Below, in pieces: positions 21,799-32,288 of a stretch of 64,000 bases of DNA. The stretch's first letter is position 1; every line of letters starts with the position of its first letter. This stretch comes from an uncultured delta proteobacterium (GTDB lineage: Bacteria > Myxococcota > Myxococcia > Myxococcales > Myxococcaceae): NCBI GenBank assembly GCA_963771175.1, contig CAVYSY010000054.1:64001-128000 (forward strand). The letters run 5' to 3'. Below the pieces are notes generated by a model, which searched no databases, had not been told where the DNA came from, and worked only from the letters and a program-made list of their open reading frames with translations. The position numbers and the translations under genes are program-made.

Positions 21799-22200
21799 AT
21801 GCCGCCGCGTGGAGTGAAGAACCCGAAGCGAGTGAGGCAGTACCAGAAGATCAAGCAGTCGGCGCGCAAGCAAGGCGCGAGCGTGGGGCGGGCCGAGGAG
21901 CTCGCCGCCCGCGTGGTGAACAAGCAGCGCCGCAAGGCGGGTGAGACGAAGGGCGCCTCCAAGCGCTCCTCGACGAAGACGGCGGCGAAGAAGCTCGCGT
22001 CCAGTTCGCGCCGTGCGAAGCCGGCCCGCGGCACGCGCAGCACCGGGGCCAAGTCGCGCACCCTCAAGGCGGCGGGCAGGACGGGCCGCAAGACGGGCAC
22101 CACGTCGCGCTCGAGCAGCCGCTCCGGCGCCTCTCGCAAGACGAGCAGCTCGTCGCGCGCCCGCGGCCGGAGCGCCTCCTCGTCGCGCTCGAAGAAGTAG
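21799..22200 (+). CDS. Small highly basic K/R/S-rich protein
   Basis: MPPRGVKNPKRVRQYQKIKQSA...AEELAARVVNKQR with a histone-like tail; GGAGG RBS. Confidence 0.75.
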   Translation: MPPRGVKNPKRVRQYQKIKQSARKQGASVGRAEELAARVVNKQRRKAGETKGASKRSSTKTAAKKLASSSRRAKPARGTRSTGAKSRTLKAAGRTGRKTGTTSRSSSRSGASRKTSSSSRARGRSASSSRSKK

Positions 22201-22252
22201 CTGAGGGCGCGAGCAGTTGACGGCCGTGCTAGCTTTCGTGCCACGGTCCTCC

Positions 22253-22930
22253 ATGTCTCCTGCTCCGAAGTTGTGCCATGTCTTCGTCTTCGTCGAGCCG
22301 GGTGCTCCCGAGGCTGCGCGGTTGGAAGAGGCGGGCCTCCGGGAGAGCTTCCGGCGTCGACATCCGGGGCAGGGCACGACGAATGTCTGTTATTGCTTCG
22401 ACAACGCCTACCTCGAGCTTCTCTGGGCGGAGGACGAAGCGGCGATGACCGGGCCGGCGATTGCGCGGACCCGGCTCGCTGAACGGGCACGGTGGCGGGA
22501 GACGGGGGCCTCGCCTTTCGGTATCGCGCTGCGCACCGAGGCTCCCGACGAGCCGCTGCCCTTTCCCTCCTGGGATTATCGGCCGCCCTATCTGCCCGCC
22601 GGCATGGCCATTCCCGTGGCCCTCGCGAGCGAAGACCCGAGGCAGCCCTTCCTGTTCCGGTCACCTGGCAGCAGCAGGCCCGATGCCTGGACCGATGGCA
22701 GGGCCGGAGACAGGCAACGGCAAGCGGGTCTGGCGGAGATCATCGGCATCGAGCTCGACCTTCCAGCGCGCGTCCCGCCCAGTGATGCGCTGCGGCTCCT
22801 GGTCGAGATGGGCCTCCTCACGTTCGGTGGTTCCGCCGACGAACAGCCGGGAATGGTGTTGTCGCTGTCGCGTGTCGACGGCGGACCACCGCGCCGCTTG
22901 TCGCTGCCCGGGTTCCGCTGGCTCGAATAG
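22253..22930 (+). CDS. VOC/glyoxalase-like protein
   Basis: HVFVFV...HPGQGTTN...FDNAYLELLW...SPFGIALR. Confidence 0.75.
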   Translation: MSPAPKLCHVFVFVEPGAPEAARLEEAGLRESFRRRHPGQGTTNVCYCFDNAYLELLWAEDEAAMTGPAIARTRLAERARWRETGASPFGIALRTEAPDEPLPFPSWDYRPPYLPAGMAIPVALASEDPRQPFLFRSPGSSRPDAWTDGRAGDRQRQAGLAEIIGIELDLPARVPPSDALRLLVEMGLLTFGGSADEQPGMVLSLSRVDGGPPRRLSLPGFRWLE

Positions 22931-22939
22931 GAGCCCGGC

Positions 22940-22958
22940 ACGAATCGCCTGACACCTT
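22940..22958 (+). repeat. Half REP-like element
   Basis: ACGAATCGCCTGACACC matches 8771-8787 at 16/17. Confidence 0.65.
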
Positions 22959-23097
22959 CGCTGGGCCACGGGGCGCGCGAGCCCGTTCACCACGTCGAGC
23001 CGCCCGCCAGGCCGGGCTGCGGCGATGAGCTGCTCGGCGTGCTCGCGCACCAGGGTCCGGATGTGCTCCAGGTCCTCCCGGCGCAGCGCATAGCGTC
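22959..23097 (-). pseudogene. Cytochrome P450-like internal fragment
   Basis: ALRREDLEHIRTLVREHAEQLIAAARPGGRLDVVNGLARPV resembles P450 helices C-E; no start codon, no heme motif. Confidence 0.5.
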
Positions 23098-23343
23098 GTG
23101 CTGTGCTGTGGCGCAGTATGCGCCGACTCCAAACCGACACGGCGGGAACAGCGCCCGAGTCTAGCGAAACCGGCTCGCCATCGCATCGCATGGCGCGAGC
23201 GCTCGGGTTTCCAGACGCCCTTCCGGCCAGCGTCGCTGACGCTCCGACTGTGGCGGGCCCCTGGAAGAGAAGTCCTACGGCCCCCTCGCCATCGCCCGGT
23301 TTTTAGGGTAAATGTGGATTTCCAATTTTCAAAGGAGTTGAGC

Positions 23344-23811
23344 ATGCGTGGATTCGCACTCGTGGGTCTGGTGGCGATGTTGATCGGCTGTGGTCCGGAG
23401 TTCGCGGGAGAGCAGGAGGCGCAGACGCAGGCGCAGGGAGCGCCCGAGTCGTGGTGCAACAGCTACACCACGCAGCAGTTCTGCCCGAAGAACGTCTGTT
23501 TCTGGGATGCCTCGAGGACGCCCTCGTGTACCTCGCAGGCCTCGGCCTCCGCGGTGGTAGTGGCGCAGGGAGCCCCGGAGTCGTGGTGCAACAGCTACAC
23601 CACGCAGCAGTTCTGCCCGAAGAACGTCTGCGTGTGGGACGCCTCGAGGACTCCCTCGTGCACCCTGCCGGCCGCCTCCGTGGTGGCGCAGGGAGCGCCC
23701 GAGTCGTGGTGCAACAGCTACACCACGCAGCAGTTCTGCCCGAAGTACATCTGCGCCTGGGACGCCTCGAAGACGCCCTCATGCACCCTGCCGGCCGCCT
23801 CCCTGCAGTGA
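23344..23811 (+). CDS. Lipoprotein with three tandem 4-Cys repeats
   Basis: LIGC lipobox; AAGGAG RBS; three copies of AQGAPESWCNSYTTQQFCPKxxCxWDASxTPSCT. Confidence 0.85.
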   Translation: MRGFALVGLVAMLIGCGPEFAGEQEAQTQAQGAPESWCNSYTTQQFCPKNVCFWDASRTPSCTSQASASAVVVAQGAPESWCNSYTTQQFCPKNVCVWDASRTPSCTLPAASVVAQGAPESWCNSYTTQQFCPKYICAWDASKTPSCTLPAASLQ

Positions 23812-23905
23812 CGCCGAGGGTGGCCTGGAGCGGAAAGGCATGCTCGCCGTAGAGGACCTGGTGCGGTAGCGGGCCTGGTCGTGGAGGTAAGGGGGCACGG
23901 TTCCT

Positions 23906-24029
23906 TGGCTCGCGCCCGTGCCCGCAGTCCGAGAAGCGGCAGCCAGCAGCCAGCGCGAGGACCTCCGCGAATGCCTGGCTCAGGCCCTCCTCCTCTCCCC
24001 ATAGCCCGAGCTCGCGCATCCCAGGCGAG
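23906..24029 (-). pseudogene. rsgA: Fragment of ribosome biogenesis GTPase RsgA
   Basis: SPGMRELGLW...AFAEVLALAAGCRFSDCGHGREP matches the (D)TPG-R-LGL and CRFxDCxHxxEP zinc-knuckle region. Confidence 0.7.
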
Positions 24030-24257
24030 CGAAGGCCCCACTGTCCTGTTCGTCCTCGGTGGGTCTCAGCAAGCACTCGCGGGCAGCGAGGGCAGCGTCA
24101 TCGTGATGGGCTGGGGCCTCCCGAGCTGCTCCAGCACCGCCGCCAGTTCCTGCGCATGACTCCGGAGCGCCACCCGTGCCGGAGCCGCGGGCCGACCGTC
24201 TCCCGTGGGCGATGGTCGTCCACCCCGAGAGCCAGTCCGATGGCATAGGATTCCGGC

Positions 24258-25121
24258 GTGACTCTCACCCCGAGCTCCGCCTCGCCCGTGCGCTTCGCCA
24301 CGCGCCGTGCGGAGATGGACAACCCCTCCATTCCCCTGCGGCTCAGGCTGCGCGCGCGTCTGCGCTGGCGGACGCTGGATGTCCTGAGCCGGGCCGTGCG
24401 CCCCTTCCGCCGGCCCCGTCCCGGCGAGGTGCGCATCGCGATGTACCACGCCGTCTTCCCGGACGAGCTTCCCGGCTTCGAGGCCCAGCTCCGCTACTTC
24501 CGCGACCACTTCAAGCCCGTCTCGCTCACCGGGGCGCTGGACGCGCTCGAGCGCGGGCGGGTGGATGAGCCGCTGCTGGCCATCACCTTCGACGATGGCT
24601 TCGAGGACAATCTCACCCTGGCCGCGCCCGCCCTCGAGGCGCACGGCATGCGCGCCACCTTCTTCATTCCCAGCCACTCCCTCCAGCTTCGCGAGGACGA
24701 CCCGGCCGGCCACCAGGCCTTCTCGCGGGAGCGCCTCGGGCTGGGACTCCCGATGAAACACCTCTCCGCCGCGCAGTTGCGGGAGCTGCGCGCACGCGGG
24801 CACGAGATCGGCTCGCACTCCGAGACCCACCGGCCCATGGGCGGCCTGCCACCGCACGAGGCCGAGCGCGAGCTCGCCGACTCCAAGCGCCACCTCGAGC
24901 AGGCCCTGGGCGAGCCCATCCACTACTTCGCATGGCCCTTCGGCTGGCCGAAGGACTTCTCCCCGGAGCTGGCTCGGACGGCGGCGCGCCTGGGCTACCG
25001 AAAGACGCTCTCCGCCTCACGTGGCCCCAACCGGCCGGGAGACCCCCAGCCCTGGCTCCACCGCGACCACGTGGACCCCTTCTGGCCGCTGTCCCACGTG
25101 CGCTACTTCTTCGAGCGCTAG
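24258..25121 (+). CDS. Polysaccharide deacetylase (CE4/NodB)
   Basis: MYHAV, ITFDDG, ATFF, EIGSHSETH, FAWPFG. Confidence 0.9.
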   Translation: MTLTPSSASPVRFATRRAEMDNPSIPLRLRLRARLRWRTLDVLSRAVRPFRRPRPGEVRIAMYHAVFPDELPGFEAQLRYFRDHFKPVSLTGALDALERGRVDEPLLAITFDDGFEDNLTLAAPALEAHGMRATFFIPSHSLQLREDDPAGHQAFSRERLGLGLPMKHLSAAQLRELRARGHEIGSHSETHRPMGGLPPHEAERELADSKRHLEQALGEPIHYFAWPFGWPKDFSPELARTAARLGYRKTLSASRGPNRPGDPQPWLHRDHVDPFWPLSHVRYFFER

Positions 25122-26332
25122 TCGCCGGGCTCGCGCTCGGTGCGCACCCACTCCCGGGGCGCTCCCCGCGCGCGCAGCTTGAGCATGACCTTCCAGGCGA
25201 CATAGGCCGGGGCGGCGGTGACGAGCACCCGCAGCCCCCACGCGCCCAGCCCCGAGAGCACCCAGCCGCGCAGCACGTAGCCCACCAGCGCCACCACCGA
25301 GAGCGCCCAGGGGAAGAGCGAGAGCGCGGGGCCCTCGAGGAGAGCGTCGAGCCCCAGGGCCAGCACCAGTCCAATCCCGGCGGTCAGCGACACGGTGCTC
25401 AGCGGGGGCACGAGCAGATCCACCCCGAGGTCCACCAGGAGCGGCTCGCGGCGGCGCAGGCCCTCCTTCATCAGGGGCAGCCCCAGCCGGCGGGACAGGG
25501 CGCGGCGGCCTCCCTCCCAGCGCAGCCGCTGCGAGCGCGACACCCGCTCGGTGTCGGGGATGGCGCTGCGCACGCTCGCCTCGTGCACGTAGGCCACCCG
25601 GTAGCCCGCGCGGCCCAGGGCGATGCCGTACTCCAGGTCCTCCACCACCGAGTGTGCCTGGTGCGGCACCGCCCGCAGCACCTGGCTCGACAGCCCCATG
25701 CCGTTGCCGCGCAGGCCCACCGACAGCCCCAGCCGGTCGCGCGCCAGCGAGCGCACGCCGTTGAAGAGGGCGAAGGCGATGGTCATCAACCCGGCGCGCC
25801 AGGAGCTGGTGCGGTTGAGCACCTCGTTGCGCGCCTGCAGCGCGTGCGCACCGTGCTCGAAGTGGGCCGCGAAGGCGGAGAGGAGGTTGGGGGAGATCTC
25901 CGTGTCCGCGTCCACCACCACCACCGCGTCCGCGAAGCCGTCCCGCAGGGAGAACTGGAAGGCGTGTTCGAGCGCGTGGCCCTTGCCGCGGTGCTCGGTG
26001 TCCTGGCGCACCAGCACCTTCGCGCCCGCGCGCTCGGCCCGCTCGGCCGTACTGTCCGTGCAGTTGTCCGCCACCACCAGCACCCGGCGCAGCTCGGCCG
26101 GCCAGTCCACCGACAGCAGGTTGCGCACCGTCGACGCGATGCCCTGCTCCTCGTCATGCGCGGGGACGATGATGTCGAAGCGCATCCGCCGCGCCGGGCT
26201 CGGGAGGGGAGCGGGACTCCGGGCCAGCAGGGCCAGGACGAGCAGGTACCCGGTGGTGGCGAGCACCGGCAGCCCGAGCAGGGCGAGGAGGCAATCCAGC
26301 AGGAAGGTCATATCGTCGAGCCGGCCGCTCAC
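25118..26332 (-). CDS. GT2 glycosyltransferase
   Basis: VPAHDEE, ADNCTD, GKGHAL, VDAD, GNGM, EDL, QRLRW; C-terminal TM helices. Confidence 0.92.
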   Translation of the reverse strand: MSGRLDDMTFLLDCLLALLGLPVLATTGYLLVLALLARSPAPLPSPARRMRFDIIVPAHDEEQGIASTVRNLLSVDWPAELRRVLVVADNCTDSTAERAERAGAKVLVRQDTEHRGKGHALEHAFQFSLRDGFADAVVVVDADTEISPNLLSAFAAHFEHGAHALQARNEVLNRTSSWRAGLMTIAFALFNGVRSLARDRLGLSVGLRGNGMGLSSQVLRAVPHQAHSVVEDLEYGIALGRAGYRVAYVHEASVRSAIPDTERVSRSQRLRWEGGRRALSRRLGLPLMKEGLRRREPLLVDLGVDLLVPPLSTVSLTAGIGLVLALGLDALLEGPALSLFPWALSVVALVGYVLRGWVLSGLGAWGLRVLVTAAPAYVAWKVMLKLRARGAPREWVRTEREPGD

Positions 26333-26582
26333 TCACCCGAGTCGCTCCGCGCTTCTCCATGTCTTGGGGAGGGCCAGCACGCGTCGCTGGAAGGCAGAAT
26401 AGGGGCCGCCCTCCGAGGGGTCTACTTTACCCGAATCCCCGGCGAGCCGCCCCCTGGCCGAGGCGCGGAGGGGCGCATAGGCGGAATAGAGGCCGTGTTG
26501 ACTGCCCCAGGTTGTTCGCTAGCGGGGGATTGCGCTCTGACAGGCCTTTGGGGCCCCGCAACGCCGTGCCAGTTTGCAGGGC

Positions 26583-27143
26583 ATGGCACGGACCGAGAAG
26601 GAGAAGATGCTCGCGGGCGAGCTGTACGTCGCGGCGGCTCCGGAGCTGGTGGCCGAGCGCGCCCGCGCGCGTAAGCTGTTGCGTGCCTACAACCAGTCCA
26701 CCGAGGACGAGCTGAAGCAACGCGAGAGCCTGCTCTCCCAACTCCTGGGTGCAGTGGGCGCGGGGGCGTGGATCGAACCGCCGTTCTTCTGTGACTACGG
26801 CGAGCACATCCGGCTGGGCGCGCGCGTGTACATGAACTTCCAGTGCGTCATCCTCGACTGCAATCCGGTGACGCTGGGGGATGATGTGTTCCTGGGACCC
26901 GGCGTGCAGATCTACGCGGCCACGCACCCGCTGGACCCGGACGAGCGAATCAAAGGCCCCGAGTTGGGGCGCCCTGTCACCATCGGCGCCAAGGTGTGGA
27001 TTGGTGGCGGGTCCATCATCTGCCCGGGCGTCACCATTGGTGAGGGTTCCACCATTGGTGCCGGCAGCGTGGTGGTGCGGGACATTCCCCCCTACGTCTT
27101 CGCCGCGGGTAACCCCTGCCGCGTCATCCGGCCCCTGCGCTGA
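26583..27143 (+). CDS. maa: Maltose/galactoside O-acetyltransferase
   Basis: EKEKMLAGELY, PFFCDYG, ATHP, hexapeptide repeats, GNPCR. Confidence 0.88.
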   Translation: MARTEKEKMLAGELYVAAAPELVAERARARKLLRAYNQSTEDELKQRESLLSQLLGAVGAGAWIEPPFFCDYGEHIRLGARVYMNFQCVILDCNPVTLGDDVFLGPGVQIYAATHPLDPDERIKGPELGRPVTIGAKVWIGGGSIICPGVTIGEGSTIGAGSVVVRDIPPYVFAAGNPCRVIRPLR

Positions 27144-27160
27144 GCGCCTCGTCCGCCGCC

Positions 27161-27820
27161 TCAGGGAGGGGCCGGCTCCTCGGAGAGGTAGAGTTCCCGG
27201 AAGCCGGCCACGTCCTCTCCGATGGGGCCGACCTCGCGCCCATCCGGCTCCAGCAGCCAGTACCAGTCATACGAGCCGCCGCCGAGGAAGTACTTGTGCA
27301 TCTGGACGATGAGCCGGCCCCGGTGCTCGCCGCGCGTGACGACCTCCAGGCTGTTGCCCGGGGCGACGAACTGCTCCTTGCCCGTGGCGACGTCGACCTT
27401 GTGGACGGCGCTCGAGGTCGCCCAGGCCGCGCTCAGGAAGAAGACCGTCTTCCCGTCCGCGGAGAACTGGGGCGACTGGAGTCCTCCCAGGAACTTCTTC
27501 GGCTCCTCGCTCCCGGTCGAGCGCACCAGCCGCCGCGCCTTGCCTCCCGCGAGCTCCATCCACCAGAGCTCATTGGCCTCCACCTCGCCCGTCGCGGACT
27601 CCAGCATGCCGGCGGAGCCCCTCCGCACGAAGACGACGGCCCGGCCATCCGGCGAGAGGCTCGGCTGCGAGTCCTGACCCGAGGACGTCAGTGTGCGCCT
27701 GGCCCCACTCGGCTCCACGAGCACGAGCTGGCCCTTGTCCTCCACGACCCGGGGGCCTCGGGCCCACGCGGGCAGGGCCAGCGCGAGGACGAGGAGCGGC
27801 ACCTTCCAGGCTGTCTTCAT
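27161..27820 (-). CDS. Secreted TolB/PD40-like partial propeller protein
   Basis: Signal peptide ending AWA; PSLSPDGRAVVF and PQFSADGKTVFF; start overlaps the upstream stop codon. Confidence 0.75.
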   Translation of the reverse strand: MKTAWKVPLLVLALALPAWARGPRVVEDKGQLVLVEPSGARRTLTSSGQDSQPSLSPDGRAVVFVRRGSAGMLESATGEVEANELWWMELAGGKARRLVRSTGSEEPKKFLGGLQSPQFSADGKTVFFLSAAWATSSAVHKVDVATGKEQFVAPGNSLEVVTRGEHRGRLIVQMHKYFLGGGSYDWYWLLEPDGREVGPIGEDVAGFRELYLSEEPAPP

Positions 27821-28194
27821 GCGCCGAACCAGAGCCCCACGCCCCCCAGCAGACCCAGGGTGACGAACATCCCCACGAGCATCCACGTCTGCTGGCGAGA
27901 CCAGCCCAGGGCCTCGCCATACTTGCGGCCACACACCCACGTGAGCGCCGCGAGCCCGAGGCAGATGTTCACGGGCCCCAGGGCGATCAGCCCCCGGCGC
28001 GCCGTGTCGCCCACCTCCAGGAATGCCAGCAGCAGCAGGGGCCCGAAGCCGACGATGAGTCCGCCGAGCACGAACCCGAGCACCCGCAACGTTCCGGGCC
28101 CGGACAGCTCCAGCGCATCCAGCAACTGCCCCCAGAGCGAAGGTGACTCGGGTGCTGGCCGCTCGCGGCGGCGCTGGGGAGAGGCCGGGGCCAT
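27817..28194 (-). CDS. Small three-TM membrane protein
   Basis: Three hydrophobic segments; tightly coupled to both neighbours. Confidence 0.7.
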   Translation of the reverse strand: MAPASPQRRRERPAPESPSLWGQLLDALELSGPGTLRVLGFVLGGLIVGFGPLLLLAFLEVGDTARRGLIALGPVNICLGLAALTWVCGRKYGEALGWSRQQTWMLVGMFVTLGLLGGVGLWFGA

Positions 28195-28197
28195 GCG

Positions 28198-29343
28198 TCA
28201 GCCCTGCTCGGCGCCTTCGAAGGTCACCTGGGCCTTCGACATGACGTGCTCGACGACCATCAGATACCAGCCGAGATCATGCAGCTGTCGCGTCGTCTCC
28301 TTGGACTCCCGCAGCGCGGCCTTCACGTCGGCCGCCGTGAGGCCGAAGGGCTCGGTGTTCTCCACCAGCAGCTCCTCCAGCTTCTCGGGCGTGAGGGTGA
28401 GCTTGTCCTGCTCCGCCACGGCCTTCAGCGCGAGCCCGATGCGCAGGCGGCGCTCGGCCTCCTGCCGCGTGCTCGGGTCCGTCATCCACGCCTCGAGCGC
28501 TTCCCGCTGCTCGTCCACGTCGAAGTTCCGCTCGACCATGGCGAAGCCTTCCGCCGCCGCCCAGCGCCGACGGATTTCCTCGTCCACCAGCTTGCGGGAC
28601 ACCTCGACGCCGGCGCGGCGAGCCACCTCGTCGAGCACGAGATCGCGCGCTCGCACCCAGAGCTCATCGGCCAGCTCGTTCTCCAGCTCCTCGCGGAGGT
28701 GCTCCATCACCTCGTCGAGCGAGTCTCCGAGCCCCAGCTTCTTCAGGAAGCCGGGCTGCGTCTCGTCCGGCATCTTCACCTCGCGCGCGGCGCGGATGTC
28801 GACGAGGAAGCGGACCGGCTTGCCCCGCAGAGACTCCACCGGGTAGTCGTCCGGGAGCTCCAGCAGGGCCTGGACACTGCCCCCCACCGAGCCTTCGGCC
28901 ACCGCCTCGGCGAAGCCCGGCAGCGCGACGATGGGCGCCAGCTCCATCCACTGCCCGAAGCGCGCCGAGAAGGGGATGAGCTTGCCCTCGGCGTAGCCCA
29001 GCATGTCGAGCTTGACGTCATCCCCCAGCTCGACGCGCTCGCCCTCGGCCCGCTCGCGCACGGTGGCCATCGCCCGCTTCTTCTCGTGGAAGCGGGTGAT
29101 GAGGTCCTCCTCGGTGAAGTCCTCCGCCTCGGGGACCCGGACCGCCAGGCCCTCGAGGGACGGCGCCTTCACCGCCGGCAGGGCGACCGGCTCGGCGGAC
29201 ATCACGCCGGCGATGGGGCTCATCTTGAGGAGTCGTTCGACTCCCTGACCTTCTTTTCGGGGACGCTGGTTGCTCACGGGGGCTCCAGGGACGTAGGCCA
29301 GCCCCCGTTCATGCCAGTGGGTGACGAAGGGCCGGCGCGTCAT
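28198..29343 (-). CDS. Trigger factor paralog (FKBP-like + C-terminal chaperone domain) lacking the ribosome-binding domain
   Basis: VELGDDVKLDMLG, LPGFAEAV, LPDDYPVESLRGKPVRFLVDI, EAERRLRIGLALKAVA; no GFRxGxxP motif. Confidence 0.75.
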   Translation of the reverse strand: MTRRPFVTHWHERGLAYVPGAPVSNQRPRKEGQGVERLLKMSPIAGVMSAEPVALPAVKAPSLEGLAVRVPEAEDFTEEDLITRFHEKKRAMATVRERAEGERVELGDDVKLDMLGYAEGKLIPFSARFGQWMELAPIVALPGFAEAVAEGSVGGSVQALLELPDDYPVESLRGKPVRFLVDIRAAREVKMPDETQPGFLKKLGLGDSLDEVMEHLREELENELADELWVRARDLVLDEVARRAGVEVSRKLVDEEIRRRWAAAEGFAMVERNFDVDEQREALEAWMTDPSTRQEAERRLRIGLALKAVAEQDKLTLTPEKLEELLVENTEPFGLTAADVKAALRESKETTRQLHDLGWYLMVVEHVMSKAQVTFEGAEQG

Positions 29344-29373
29344 GCGTCGTCTTCTAGCCCAGAGCGTCGCCTA

Positions 29374-30426
29374 TTAGAAGAAGGCGCCCACGATGCTCGA
29401 CACGGTGGAGACGGCCGCGCCCACCTGGCTGACGATGGGGATGTTGGTGGCCGCGGCGATGGAGCCGACGGCGGTGATGACCGACGTCACCTTCTTGCCC
29501 GTGCTGGCGTTGCGGTCCGCCAGCGTCGCCACCGCCTGGGCCGTGTCGACGGCCGCCATGGCCACGTTGAGGCCCGGAGCGAAGCGGGCCGCCGCCTTGG
29601 CCGCCGGACCCGCCGCCGCGCGAGCACCCGCCTTGAGGGCCGCCTCGGCCGCCTCACGGCCCGCGGCGTTCAGCGTCGCCTTGGCCGCCGCGCGCGAGGC
29701 ACTGCCCGCCACGCCCTTGGCCAGCGAGCCTCCCACCTTCGTCGCCGCGTCCTTGGCCGCCTCGGTGATGGCTCGGCGCGCCACCTTGGAGGTCGCACCC
29801 TCGAAGACCTGCTTCAGCGCGTTGTTGGCCGCGGCCTTCGCCACGTCGTCGCTGACCTTGGGGGCCACGCGCTTGAAGGCATCGAGGGCGGCCTTCTCCG
29901 CCCCGAGCATCCCGGACACGGTCTTCGCGTGGAGCAACCCACCGGCGACCTTGCTGCCCTGGATGCCGCCCGAGGCCACATTGAGGGTCGCCTTCGCCGC
30001 GTCCAGCGACGAGCGCGCCGCCTTGGTGATGTCGTCACGGCTGCCCGTGCGCACCGCGTTGCGGATGTCGCCCACCGCCGTGCCCACCGACTTGACGGCC
30101 GTGAAGACGCCGAAGGCGCCCGCGACGCCCTTGGTCTGCGCCATCACCTTCTGCAGCGGGCCGAACTTGCCCGCGGCCACGGTGGGGTTGCTGATGTACC
30201 CAAGCCCCTTGGGCCCGAGGATTCCCTCCACCGGGAGCTTCTTCGTGGCCCGGCTGATCTGCTCGACCGCGTCCTTGCCGAAGGCGATGGCCTTCGAGGA
30301 CTGGGTGACCACCGCCGTGGCCCCCTTGATGGTCTTCTCGTGCTGCTTCACCGTCTGCTTCACATCGGAGACGGTCTTCTTCACCTGCCGGGTGACGTTC
30401 TGGAAGCTCTTCTTGATGGAGGTCAT
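29374..30426 (-). CDS. Ala/Lys-rich amphipathic helical protein of unknown function
   Basis: 350-aa intact ORF with GC3-biased codons; hydrophobic C-terminal hairpin ending VGAFF. Confidence 0.75.
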   Translation of the reverse strand: MTSIKKSFQNVTRQVKKTVSDVKQTVKQHEKTIKGATAVVTQSSKAIAFGKDAVEQISRATKKLPVEGILGPKGLGYISNPTVAAGKFGPLQKVMAQTKGVAGAFGVFTAVKSVGTAVGDIRNAVRTGSRDDITKAARSSLDAAKATLNVASGGIQGSKVAGGLLHAKTVSGMLGAEKAALDAFKRVAPKVSDDVAKAAANNALKQVFEGATSKVARRAITEAAKDAATKVGGSLAKGVAGSASRAAAKATLNAAGREAAEAALKAGARAAAGPAAKAAARFAPGLNVAMAAVDTAQAVATLADRNASTGKKVTSVITAVGSIAAATNIPIVSQVGAAVSTVSSIVGAFF

Positions 30427-30553
30427 GCGCAGCCTCGGATTTGGAGGATTTCCTTGGGGGAATTATCCGCCATCTGTCCGGGAAGTTGCGTCCCCCTTGC
30501 TTAATTACCTTTGCCTACATCTCTCGGATTCTAAAAAGCGCGGAAAAACGGTA

Positions 30554-30581
30554 TTGACATAAAATTACATTATCCTATTCT
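30554..30581 (+). promoter_or_regulatory. Putative sigma-70 promoter in an AT-rich divergent intergenic region
   Basis: TTGACA-N16-TATTCT upstream of the S8 protease. Confidence 0.55.
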
Positions 30582-30617
30582 TCAGGAGTTCCCCCGTTGT
30601 TCGAGGAAATCGCGCCC

Positions 30618-31757
<1,140 letters not shown>

Positions 31758-31800
31758 TCCTCGCCCCGCTCCTCCCGGGCTGAAGACATAGCCACCTCGC

Positions 31801-31843
31801 GGCGCCCTCTCTCGTCTCTGGACGGGAGGGGGCGTCGTGTTTT
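31801..31843. terminator. Putative intrinsic terminator between convergent genes
   Basis: Imperfect hairpin GGCGCCCTCTCTCGTC / GACGGGAGGGGGCGTC followed by GTGTTTT. Confidence 0.55.
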
Positions 31844-31859
31844 GGGGGCGCTCAGGTGC

Positions 31860-32288
31860 TCAGCGGCCGTCGGGCGGCAGCGCGGCGGCGGCGGTGATGA
31901 GCGCGCGTGTCACCTCGGCGGGGAGCTCGCCCTCGTGCGCGAAGGCGAGACCCACCACGGCGCGCACCTCTCCGGTCGCGTCGAGCACGGGCAGGGCCAC
32001 CGAGGCGCGCACGGGCACGGCTCGCGCACCGGGCATGACGCGGCCGCTCTGGTCCGTCTGGAGGTTGCACGTCTGCACTGGCTCCTTGGTGGCGAAGGCG
32101 ATGCCGGCCATGCCCTTGCCGTGGGGGATGGTGCGCACGGCGTTGACTACCGGGGGAGGGATGTTGAGTGCGGCCACCAGCTCGAGGGTCTCTCCGCGCC
32201 GCAGGTGCACGGTGCCGGCCATGCCTCCCTCCTGGGAGGCGAAGGACTCCAACCACGACTGGTACGGCTGCTGATGAGATGCGTCCAT
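31860..32288 (-). CDS. Stand-alone GAF domain protein
   Basis: IPHGKGMAGIAF...PVQTCNL...ASVALPV...VVGLAF. Confidence 0.8.
   Translation of the reverse strand: MDASHQQPYQSWLESFASQEGGMAGTVHLRRGETLELVAALNIPPPVVNAVRTIPHGKGMAGIAFATKEPVQTCNLQTDQSGRVMPGARAVPVRASVALPVLDATGEVRAVVGLAFAHEGELPAEVTRALITAAAALPPDGR

Noticed and set aside
23431..23800. Three ~110-bp direct repeats resembling a CRISPR or other array
   Set aside because: They are in-frame coding repeats inside a lipoprotein gene; there are no unique spacers and no cas genes.
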